A program made the translations under genes and the position numbers. A stretch of 64,000 bases of DNA, taken from the NCBI GenBank assembly GCA_001724265.1, contig MEDY01000659.1, forward strand, positions 1 to 64,000. The letters run 5' to 3'. Each line of letters begins with the position of its first letter. The stretch's first letter is position 1. This stretch comes from Rhizaria sp. SCN 62-66 (Eukaryota). This document shows, piece by piece, positions 21,036-30,786 of this stretch. Below the pieces are notes generated by a model, which worked only from the letters and a program-made list of their open reading frames with translations, had not been told where the DNA came from and did not search any database.

Positions 21036-21640
21036 GGCGCACGCGAGGTGCCTTGATTATCGGGTTACTCCGTGATGGTGCAGGGGAGAGTTGATATCTC
21101 CTCTGTGAAGGACGTACCAGGAGACAAACAGAAGAGGTAACGGGCGTGAGATAACGTTGAGTGCACGTCAAACTTTGGAGCGCTAGATGAATGCCTATAG
21201 TCCGTCAATAACATCATAGATTGAAATATGTAATATACGAGCCAGTTTGATATAAACTATGTTAATGAATCATGATATATATCCGGAATTGTCAAATTAG
21301 ACAAGTTTTAGATGCGCTGTCGTTTGAGACTTGCATGAGCATCCTGAACGGCTATGACTCAAAGCCGTCGCAAAGACAAAACAAACATCAACTCATCACA
21401 ACGGTTACATATTCAAACACGGACTTAGAATATATTGCAATTTTATTAGATACTTACTATATGTAAGAACTGTATCTACACAAGAATGAATAACCCTCGT
21501 GCAGTGACGCTTTCAATCAGTCAATGACAAAAATGCGATGCTAACGTGCTAAAAACAAACTATGTAATGTGTATGAAACTCACGTATTGACTGTAAAAAC
21601 ATCTCTCATGCGCAAACGTGCGCTCTTACTCGCGCTGCAC

Positions 21641-24600
21641 TTACTCAAACGCCCGTGCGAGCGCATTGAGCGCGTGTCCCTCAACCCCACCCACTGCCTT
21701 GCGCTGTGATCCAGAGTTGCCCGCATTGAAAGAACCTGACGCAGTGACAGAGCCGGCGGTCACGGAGCCGCTCGCAGTGACATCGCCGCCAATGCGCCGC
21801 GCGCCCGCGCCCTGGAGTCCCGCCAGCACGGCCGCCGACAGCCCCGCGCCGCCGTGACCGCCACCAAAGAGACTGCTCGGCAACGCATTGTGGCCGTGAC
21901 CCTGAGAGTGACCGTGGCCGAGGCCGAGGCTGAGACTGAGAGCGTGGCCGTGGCCGTGAGCGCCAACAGCACGACTCATCGCGCGACCTGCGGCGCCGCC
22001 GACCGTGGTTCCGGCGGACGAGTACTGCGCATACGCACCGGCGGCGGCGCCCGTGGCGACAGTCTGCGCATATCCGTTACTCAGACCGAGCACGCGCGCA
22101 GCCGCAGCTTCGCAGCCCTCAACATTCGCAGCGCTCACACCAGCATGGGCGCTCATGCTGGCGCTGGGGCTAGGATCACCGTTGCTGTCGAAATAGAGCT
22201 TCGCGCTCTCGTCCGCGCCAGTGTCCGCTATCGCATCGCTCACAGCGGCAGTCTGGACGGCCGCGATAACGGTCTCCAGCTGGCCCCAGCCGCCGCAGAC
22301 GACGGTGAGCGCGCGCAATGCCGGGGCCGCGGCGCGCAGGGCCGTTGCGCGGGCGTGCACGTGCGCCACGGTCACAACCCAGCTCGCGCCCGCAGCCGCG
22401 AAGGCCAACGCGAGAGGCGTGATGAGCGAGATGACGAGCATGGACGCCGAGTGCAGCGCGGGAAACAACAGCGACGCCTCGGTCGCCACGTGTGATGACA
22501 GCGCAAACGCCGCCGCCGCCGCCGCCGCCGACTGTGACTCCGCCGCGGAAGAAACAGCGGCTGTATGCGTATGCAGCGCGGTGTGGTGTTGATGACGTTG
22601 TTGCAGCACGAGCTGCTGTTGCGCGAGCACCCGCTGCTGCGCTGCAGTCAAGAACGGCGACGGGAAGAGATGGAACCGCGCCGCCAGCAGCCCCGCGCTC
22701 GCGAACGCGGTGAACGGGTAGGCAAATGCGGCGAGCCACCACCCGCGGTCACGCGCGCGCACGCGTTCGTCGGCCACTGTGATGGCGGCGCGCGTGGCGA
22801 CGGCCCAGGCCCCCAGTGCGGCGACGAAATGCACCGTGAGCAGCGCGGCGGAGGAGAACGCGGCCGACTCACTAGCGACCGCGTGAGAGCCCGCCGCCGC
22901 GGCACCGCCGCCGACGACGACGTCGCTGCTGCTGCTGCTGAAGGGGGAGAGCGCGCTGGCGAGCGAGCCTGGGGGGCCTGATAGCGGGCCGGGCAGCGGG
23001 AACAGCGACACCGGCAGTAGCAGCGCGATAGGGAGCGCGACGCACAGCGCAAATTCGCGGGCGAGGGCGCGCCATGGGGACCGGCGAGGGGCAGCGGCGG
23101 CGCTCGCGGCGGGCGCGGGCAACGACGGCAACCTACTTAGACTACCATGAGTACTGTGACTGCGGCAGTTACTGCGGTTGGTACTGCGAGTTGCGAGCGG
23201 CAAGCGCGCCCATTGGCCCCAGATGTAGGCCTGCACGCGGGCGCCGGCGCTGCGTGCATAGCCCCACACAAAGCCGTCTTTCTCGACAGGAACCGTCGCA
23301 GATGCTGCACTGCTGCTGCTACTGCTATTAGTATCACTCGAATGCGCGAGCTTGTACCCAGAGACAGTGTGATTTGCGGTGTGATTAACGGTGCGACGCG
23401 TGCGGATGCGGAGAAACGGCAGTGAAACGAGCCCTACCCACGTGGGAACCTTGGCGGCGGCCGTGATGAGCCAGAGCGCGAGCGCGGCCGCCACAAGTCC
23501 CTTTTGCGTAAGTGACCACTCTGCGCCCACCACAGCAAGCCCGGCTGCACTGGCAGCGCTAGGATCGGCGGCGGCGGCAGCGCGCGCGGGGCGGTGCAGC
23601 GGTGTGAAGAGGCGTCCCAGTCCGACGAGCGCGGGGGCCGCGAGCGCTTGCGCGCCGTGCGGGGAGACGACCACGACCCAGAGCCCGATGAGGCCGCAGA
23701 CTGTGGCCATGGCAGACCAGAGCGCGTAGAGCGTGCCCAGGGGAGGCGCTGTCGTCGTCGCAGCGATCACGCGGCGCGACAGCGCAAAACCAGCAGTCGC
23801 GGACTGAGACTTCGACTGTGGTGACGCAGACGACGACGCAGACGTTGAGTGGGATTCAGAGTTGTGGCGCGACTTGCGCCAGTGGGAGGACCGAGAAGGC
23901 AGATCCGAGAGCGCGGCGGCGGCGATGAGCGACGGCGCGGCCGCGGGCTCAGGGTGCCACGCGCGGCCCGGCGAGGGGAAAAACTCGCCCACAGTCGCCC
24001 GCGCGCGCGCCAGGAAGCCTTGCCCCGCGGCGGCGGCGGCAGTGGAGCCGGAGCCGGACTGGGAGAGGGAAGCGGGGAGACGGCGGCGCGGGCGCGGAGT
24101 CGGCGGCGGGACAAACGTCGGGTCAGCCGCTGTCGCTGCGGCGGCGGTGGCGGCGGCGACGGCGTCCGTGGCCGGGTAAAGCTCCGTGCCAGCAGCAGTC
24201 GCGGGAGTGGGCGACGTTGCGCTGGACGCGTCGATGGCAGCGACTAAGTGTGCCAGACCGAGCGCGTCCCAGGCCGCTGCGACGGATCCACGCGCGCGCA
24301 CGAGACGACGCACGTCACCCGTCGCGGCCGCCACAGCCTCGGCCTCGGTGTACGCCGATGCGGGTAAAGAAACCGAGTCAGATCCAGAACGCATTCCGGT
24401 ACCGATGGGGGTACATGTGGCGGTACGCGTGACGGCGCGTGCGGTGGCGCCGGCGAGGAGACGCACAGAGCGGCTCGCGCGCGCGTCGGTGAGTGCGGCG
24501 ACGGCGGCGCGGGCAGCGATCATTTCGCTCTCTTCACGCTGCATCGCGTTGGCCTTGCCGGCGCGGCGGGAGAAAAGCGCGCCGTCAGCATAATCACCGT

Positions 24601-27600
24601 CGTCGTCATCATCATCATCATCATCGTCGTCATCATCGTGGTTATCGTGATCGCCGTCATCATTGTCGTTGTCGCTGGCGTTAACGTCAGAGTCATACTC
24701 TGCAAGAGTGTCATCGGTGACACTAGAGTGGCGAGTCGCGTTGGTTGCGCCGTTCGCACGCCTACGGGGCCGCCAGTCCCCCAGCGCAACCAGCTCCGCC
24801 TGCACACGCGCAGAAGAAGACGAGGACGAGCCAAACGCTGCACTAACGTCGCTCAGACCGAGACTGGCTGCGTCGGCGGCCGCGGCGGCGCGCGCGTCGT
24901 CCGCTTCGGCCTCCGCAACAGCTGCACCGCGGCGGAGCGCGGCGGCCGCAGCGGGCCAGCCGCGGGCCAGCGACGCGACCGTGGCGGCAACGACCGTGAA
25001 GAGCAGCACGTTGCGCGGGAGCGCGAGCAGACCCGCGCGGGGCAGCGCTGGGAGCAGCGGCGAGCAGCGGTGCGAGGCGTCGGCGGCGGCCGCCGCGGCG
25101 TCGTCGGCGGCCGCGGCCACGGCGGCCATCGCGGCCGCGCCCGCGGTGGCTGCGGTGTGATTGTGGGTCAGTGCGGCGGCGAGTGCGCGGCCAAGGCGCC
25201 AGCGCGCGCTCTTGCCCACGCCGCTCGCGGCCGCCGCTGCGACAGAGTCCGCGTCGGCGTCGGGGGCGGCGCCAGCGGCGGCGGCGATAAAGCTCGCAGT
25301 GCCGGAGGGCGGCGCGAGCGCGGCGGCGAGGACCTGGCCCAGCAGCACGGTGCAGTGCAGAGTGAGCAGCAGCAGGAACAAGTCGCGCGCGGCGCGGCTG
25401 GCGCCAGTGGCCAGAGGGTACAGCCAACACAGCCACGCAGGCGGTGACGCCGAAGCTGCAGTCCCTGGCGCTAAGGCCGCTGATGGTGAAGCGGATGCCG
25501 GTGATCTGAGGTCAGTCGCAGACTCCGCTGGCACGGTCACCATCGTCCCAGTCTCAGCAGTGGTGGGCTTGCTTGAACTCGAGTCGGCGTCGGCGTCGTT
25601 GTTGTCGTCATTCAACTGCGCGGTAGCGCGAGTCGCGGTCTCGACAAGAGCGGGCGGCAGGGACACGACGTCGTCACGGAAAAACCCGCAGTCAAGCGCG
25701 ACCGACGCGCACAGCGCCGCCACGGGCGCGGGTTCTGCCGCCGGCCCGTGCGAGTACACGTGGGGATACGCATGAGGGTACGCGTGGGTCGGCGCGGGCA
25801 CGGTCTGCCTGCGCTCGCGACGATTCTTCTTAGTGCCACTACTACGACTGCCGTTCGCGCTGTCATTGATACGGTGTGATGCAACGTTGCTACTGTTGTT
25901 GTTGTTGTTGTTGTCATCGCTGCTTTCGTCGCCGTCGTCATCGTCCGACTCGGCCGCGCTCTGCACCGCACGCGGCGCACTGCCAGCGTCATCCTCGTAC
26001 GTGGCTGCAAAGGCGGCGTTTGACCGCGCCCTCGTGAGCGCGCTAACCGAAGCGCCGCGCCAGACCTGCGCAGCCCGCAGCCACGCGCCCAGCTCGCCAC
26101 CCTGCACCGCCTCGTCGAGCGCGGCGGCGATACGCGCATCCCAGCGCGCGCGCTCAGCGGCCAGGGCGGCGAGCGCAGCGGCTGCCAGCAACGGCAGCGG
26201 GAGGGTGAGGAGAAGCGGGAGCAGACGGCCCAGCGGCGGCAGAGTGTCGAAATACGTCGAATCACTCCCATCAGGCTCGCCGGTGTTGAGACCGTGGCTG
26301 CCTTTGTTGCGGGACGACGGGATGTGTGTGGGCCAGAGGGGCCAGGACCAGCCAACGCCAAGCCCCGCGACGACAGCGACGACTGCAATCGCGACCGAAG
26401 CCACTGCGGCGAGCGCGACAGTGCGCGCGGCGGCGCGGCCGGCGGCGGCAACCCCGGCGTCCCGCAAAGCAGACAGTGACAGCGCAGTGAGGAGCGAAGG
26501 ATGCGAGGTTGTGGCGGCGGTCGCGAGGGCGGCGAACCAGGTCGTGTTGGGCAATAGTAAGTAGGCGGGGCGGCGCCACGGCGGCGGTGGCAGCGACGAA
26601 GCGGCCGCGGCCGCCGCAGCCGCCGCGGCCGCCACAGCAGGAGAAGACGGACTCTTCGCAGAACCATCGCTTTTGATATTCTTGTTGTAATTTACGAGCG
26701 CGTCGTCTGCAGTGATCTGGCACTGCGTCGTGTCGTCAAACACCAAACATCCCGGTACGCCTGCCGTCGCAGCGGCCCACACTTCCACCGGCACCGCAGA
26801 ATCAACCGCGTGATCGCGGATGTCGCCGGTACTGCTAGTATTGCTGCCGTTAGCGTCGTTGCTGTTGTTGTTGATATTAATGTTGTTGTTTGTTGACGCA
26901 GCGCGGTAGGCGCGCAGCGTGGCCATCGCCTCCGCGATCGCCGCGGCACGCGCCGACAGTACGCCCGCCACCGCCGCGAGCCTGTGCAGCGCTGCGACCG
27001 ACCGCGAAACAGGGTCCTGAGCGCGCACGGCTGCGGGGACGAGCACTTTGACGCGCGCACGGGTTGCCGCGGTGACCGTGGGCGGCGCGCGTCCCGCGGT
27101 ACTCATGGCGGTACCTGTGGTCACGGGTACTGGGGTAGGTGCGGGGGGCGCGTGGGTGTGGAGCGCAAGCAGCAGAGGCCGCCAGATGAATTGGTCGAAC
27201 GAGGGGCTTTGTGTCACAGCCTCACGCAAACGCGTGCATGTGGCGGAGAGCGCGAGAATGGCCAGTGGGGGCAAGAATGAGCTTGTTAAGAGCAAGATGT
27301 GGTCGGGCAGCGCAGTGAAGCTGAGACCGGGCACCAGAGCACTGCCGCCACGACCGCCGCCGCCGCCGCCGTTGTTGTGGGTCTGACTCGAGCGCAGCCA
27401 GCCAGGGCCGGTCGGGCAGTTAGCGTCATCGCTATCATCGTAGTTCTCATAGTCGTTGTCCTCGTCAGCGCGACTGTCGTTGCTGTGGCCAAACTGCGGC
27501 CGCGTGAGCGCGAATCCGCCCAGCACCACGCCATACTCAGTCGCGGCAGGGCTGTTTTCACTCGCGGTCTTTGCAGATCCACTGAGCAATGACATGACGC

Positions 27601-28999
27601 GCGCGTACGTCGACTGGTGGGGGGCCTGCGTGATCATCTGCTTCTGCTGAGACAGCGACGCCGACGACGGCTGTGACTGTGCGGTGGTGCGTTGTTGCGG
27701 GGCTGTTGCTCTGGCGCGGTGGCTAGGCGCGGAGACGGGACCGCTGATGCTCGCGCGCGCAGGCTGCCACCGGGTATGGTCCCGCCACAAAGCACTTACA
27801 GTACTCGCACCGCTCACACTCGCGGCACTTAAACTCGCAGCACTTACATGCGCACTGTCTGTTGCGGCTGTAAGTGTGCGGCGGTACAGCGCGGCCGCGC
27901 TGGCCCCACCGGAGGGGGACACGGAGGCGGATGGAGCAGTCGGGAGTGCGATCACGGCGCCACTGCCCAGTCCGCGCTTGCCAGAGTTCCCGCCGCTGCT
28001 GTTATGATAGCTATTGTTGTTGTTGTTCATGAAGCCACTGGCGCTGAGTCCTGAGAGCTGCGCAGTGTCGCCAAAGCCGGAGCCGTAGCCGCTCACACTA
28101 GCATTGGTGTTGTTGTTGTTATTGCTGCTGTTGCGGAGCTTCCGGGGAACGACCGGCGACGTCGGCGGCGCATAGCCAGTGAGTGCACTCAGCTTGCTGC
28201 CGCCCGCACCGAGGCCGAGCGCCGTGTTGGCGGCTGTAAAATCGCCGTGGCCGAAGCTAGAAACAGGACGCACAATGCCGCCCCCGCCGTAGAGCGACGC
28301 AGTGCGTGAAGCTGATGTTGAAACGGGGAACGGGCCGTCTAGGTCGTCGTAGGCGCCCACGAGCACTGCAGCAGCCGCCGCCGCAGCCGCCGCAGCCGCT
28401 TCAGTAGCAGAGGCGACATGTTCGTTCACTGCGGTGTAGTGATAGCGCGGCAATGCACCAGCAGCGATAGTGGCAGCGGCTGCGGTTGAGGTAGACTGCC
28501 GGGGCATGTCATCGTCGGCTGCAATGTTGAGCGAAAGCGCACCGATGCCAGAGCTGCCACTACTGTTCGCAACCTGAGCAGACTTGGTGGGCAATGGGGA
28601 GTGTGAGTGTGGGTGTAGCTGTGTGTCGTGAAGTAGAGACGCAACGACGTTAAGCGCGCCGTACTCGGACGCAGGCGCGGCCACGTTGTTGTTGTTGTCG
28701 TCGTCATCGTCGTCGTTGTTGTCGCTGCCCAAGCTAGAGCCAGTGGACGGGAGCGAGCTGCTGTTTGAGGGCGCTGTGAACACCATGCCTTGTGCAGTCG
28801 CCGCTGCGGTAAACAAGTTGCCGGTAGCCAAATCCACGTCACCGGGCGCAGCGACAGCGCCGGACGCGACAGCGCTCGACGCGACAGTGCCGGACGTGAC
28901 GGCGCTTGACGATGAGGTGTCGCTCGCGGCAGCCTTTTTTTTTGCGGGCGCCGTGAAACTGAGCTTGTACTGGCTCAGGGGAGGGGCACGCGGGGGCAT
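21641..28999 (-). CDS. F-box-containing multi-pass membrane protein, Ala-rich
   Basis: 2452-aa ORF. F-box-like LPDHILLLTSSFLPPLAILALSATCTRLREAV...IW at about 27170-27310, followed by roughly 8-10 hydrophobic segments. Stop TAA. Confidence 0.7.
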   Translation of the reverse strand: MPPRAPPLSQYKLSFTAPAKKKAAASDTSSSSAVTSGTVASSAVASGAVAAPGDVDLATGNLFTAAATAQGMVFTAPSNSSSLPSTGSSLGSDNNDDDDDDNNNNVAAPASEYGALNVVASLLHDTQLHPHSHSPLPTKSAQVANSSGSSGIGALSLNIAADDDMPRQSTSTAAAATIAAGALPRYHYTAVNEHVASATEAAAAAAAAAAAVLVGAYDDLDGPFPVSTSASRTASLYGGGGIVRPVSSFGHGDFTAANTALGLGAGGSKLSALTGYAPPTSPVVPRKLRNSSNNNNNTNASVSGYGSGFGDTAQLSGLSASGFMNNNNNSYHNSSGGNSGKRGLGSGAVIALPTAPSASVSPSGGASAAALYRRTLTAATDSAHVSAASLSAASVSGASTVSALWRDHTRWQPARASISGPVSAPSHRARATAPQQRTTAQSQPSSASLSQQKQMITQAPHQSTYARVMSLLSGSAKTASENSPAATEYGVVLGGFALTRPQFGHSNDSRADEDNDYENYDDSDDANCPTGPGWLRSSQTHNNGGGGGGRGGSALVPGLSFTALPDHILLLTSSFLPPLAILALSATCTRLREAVTQSPSFDQFIWRPLLLALHTHAPPAPTPVPVTTGTAMSTAGRAPPTVTAATRARVKVLVPAAVRAQDPVSRSVAALHRLAAVAGVLSARAAAIAEAMATLRAYRAASTNNNININNNSNDANGSNTSSTGDIRDHAVDSAVPVEVWAAATAGVPGCLVFDDTTQCQITADDALVNYNKNIKSDGSAKSPSSPAVAAAAAAAAAAASSLPPPPWRRPAYLLLPNTTWFAALATAATTSHPSLLTALSLSALRDAGVAAAGRAAARTVALAAVASVAIAVVAVVAGLGVGWSWPLWPTHIPSSRNKGSHGLNTGEPDGSDSTYFDTLPPLGRLLPLLLTLPLPLLAAAALAALAAERARWDARIAAALDEAVQGGELGAWLRAAQVWRGASVSALTRARSNAAFAATYEDDAGSAPRAVQSAAESDDDDGDESSDDNNNNNNSSNVASHRINDSANGSRSSGTKKNRRERRQTVPAPTHAYPHAYPHVYSHGPAAEPAPVAALCASVALDCGFFRDDVVSLPPALVETATRATAQLNDDNNDADADSSSSKPTTAETGTMVTVPAESATDLRSPASASPSAALAPGTAASASPPAWLCWLYPLATGASRAARDLFLLLLTLHCTVLLGQVLAAALAPPSGTASFIAAAAGAAPDADADSVAAAAASGVGKSARWRLGRALAAALTHNHTAATAGAAAMAAVAAAADDAAAAAADASHRCSPLLPALPRAGLLALPRNVLLFTVVAATVASLARGWPAAAAALRRGAAVAEAEADDARAAAAADAASLGLSDVSAAFGSSSSSSARVQAELVALGDWRPRRRANGATNATRHSSVTDDTLAEYDSDVNASDNDNDDGDHDNHDDDDDDDDDDDDDGDYADGALFSRRAGKANAMQREESEMIAARAAVAALTDARASRSVRLLAGATARAVTRTATCTPIGTGMRSGSDSVSLPASAYTEAEAVAAATGDVRRLVRARGSVAAAWDALGLAHLVAAIDASSATSPTPATAAGTELYPATDAVAAATAAAATAADPTFVPPPTPRPRRRLPASLSQSGSGSTAAAAAGQGFLARARATVGEFFPSPGRAWHPEPAAAPSLIAAAALSDLPSRSSHWRKSRHNSESHSTSASSSASPQSKSQSATAGFALSRRVIAATTTAPPLGTLYALWSAMATVCGLIGLWVVVVSPHGAQALAAPALVGLGRLFTPLHRPARAAAAADPSAASAAGLAVVGAEWSLTQKGLVAAALALWLITAAAKVPTWVGLVSLPFLRIRTRRTVNHTANHTVSGYKLAHSSDTNSSSSSSAASATVPVEKDGFVWGYARSAGARVQAYIWGQWARLPLATRSTNRSNCRSHSTHGSLSRLPSLPAPAASAAAAPRRSPWRALAREFALCVALPIALLLPVSLFPLPGPLSGPPGSLASALSPFSSSSSDVVVGGGAAAAGSHAVASESAAFSSAALLTVHFVAALGAWAVATRAAITVADERVRARDRGWWLAAFAYPFTAFASAGLLAARFHLFPSPFLTAAQQRVLAQQQLVLQQRHQHHTALHTHTAAVSSAAESQSAAAAAAAFALSSHVATEASLLFPALHSASMLVISLITPLALAFAAAGASWVVTVAHVHARATALRAAAPALRALTVVCGGWGQLETVIAAVQTAAVSDAIADTGADESAKLYFDSNGDPSPSASMSAHAGVSAANVEGCEAAAARVLGLSNGYAQTVATGAAAGAYAQYSSAGTTVGGAAGRAMSRAVGAHGHGHALSLSLGLGHGHSQGHGHNALPSSLFGGGHGGAGLSAAVLAGLQGAGARRIGGDVTASGSVTAGSVTASGSFNAGNSGSQRKAVGGVEGHALNALARAFE

Positions 29000-29449
29000 C
29001 TTCCAATGGAAAGAATCCCTGTTGGGTGGGTGTAAGGTTCCTGCGCTCGAGCGACTCGCTACGCCACTGGGTTCGAAGGAGAAGGGAGGCGAGAAAAGCC
29101 GTTAAGAAGGGGGTCGAGCAAACAAGACCTTAGCGCAATGACAACAACGCTAGTGCAAACAATATTGAAATTATATTGAAAAAACTAAATTTTCTACTGG
29201 ATGTGTCGCAGTATAATCAGTCTGACGACGTAGTTGACCAGAGTAGCTTCACAGAAGTTTGCCTTCAACATCCAGCACCATCCCCCACGAAGAAAAAGAA
29301 TACTGCATTTATATCGACGAGCATAAGCTTACATGCACACACAAAATCAGCTAAAAATGCGTTTTCTACAAACTCCAATGCATTTATTTGGGTATATTTC
29401 AACTCTGAGCTAATTGGTTCTCATAGTGTCTGTACACTGTCTGATCCCT

Positions 29450-30277
29450 AGGCCCTCGACTCGCCCCTTCTCATGCTCACGAGTACCATGATCACCATCA
29501 GCCACGACCCACGGCCAAGGCACTGCACACTGGGTGAGCGAGGTGACGCCTGTGCTGTGCAAACGGCGTTGCGCTGCGCCGCTGCGGCGCACAGTCACTT
29601 CACCCGCGCCAGGCCAGTCGCAGGCCTCGCTACACTACTGTCTAAAACCACTGCCGCTGCTGTTGGGCCTCTACAGGCACTACTTCTGATGCGACTACTG
29701 CACATGTACTCAGCCTAGCACCCCCATCACGCCTCGCAGCGCCAACCTCAGTGCGAACAACTCAGCAAATAGCGCCGCTGCTGGCGCCGCTGCGGCAACG
29801 CCGGCATTGTCGCCGTTGGTTGTACATTGGTGTATCCGCCTGACGCTGATTCGAGGTGCTGCGGACGCCGAAGGACGGTAGCTGGGTATCGTTCAGAAGC
29901 AGTGCTTGGGGGTGCAGCAATGTCGTCCGGTGGACATCATCAGCTGCAACGGAGGCTACAATGTGCTCAGCGCGTGAGACGCCGCCGCGGGGCCCAGCAG
30001 AGTTGTGCGCACCGGCAAAGAGATATGCCAGAGTGGAGAGGCGGGGATGTGGTTGTGAGGGATGTTTTGTCTCTCGGAATAGTTCCCGGAGAGAACAGAG
30101 GCTGACCCAACTGTGGGCGCAGAAGTGGAGAGAATGCGCGCCGCGAGAGAATGCGCCAAACTCACACTGCTGCGAGTGCAGAGCTGACAGACATCGCAAC
30201 TGTTGTCAGAGTGGAGCCGAACTACGGAGGAAAAAAAGAGCATGAATAACGCAACCATGACAAAAATCATTTCGTAA
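29450..30277 (+). pseudogene. Possible degraded gene fragment
   Basis: A GC-rich island within a spacer. The frame from 29720 reads TPITPRSANLSANNSANSAAAGAAAATPALSPLVVHWCIRLTLIRGAADAEGR*LGIVQKQC..., broken by TAG 29879, TGA 29975 and further stops, with apparent frameshifts upstream. Confidence 0.3.
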
Positions 30278-30786
30278 TGAGAACAAATAATCTTGTAAAT
30301 TCAATAATATCATGAATACCATAATGTTCGGGACGGAAGCATGAATACTAAGTACTCTGGGTGGATGATGTAACTGGGTGTTCGCACGGTGTCTGGCAGC
30401 CAAATTGTGACCGTGGCCAGCCGTTACAGTTCCCACCGAAGTGAGACTTAAACGAGGGTGCTGTGGCGGCTCTACCCGCTGTTGTTTTCGAAAACCCGAT
30501 ACATTTATGGAATATTCGAATGTGTTAATGTATCGTATTTTGTTTTTCATGCTTCCAGGTGTGATCCTCCCCCCTTTCCTGACACCTGCTCACGTCCCGA
30601 TGCCCTTGAACTTCGAACCCGTCCAGTCCTTTCCTTCCCCCTTCCGAGTCTCCGATCCTTGACTCTTGTGCCCGTTTTTCGGACATCCCCGCGTTTGTTC
30701 CTGCGCGTGGCCCCCTTTCTCAGCCCTTCAGCTCCTGCCCCGTTGATTCCCCGGGTCGTCCCTGTCCCAGAAAGCGAGCGAGCCAC

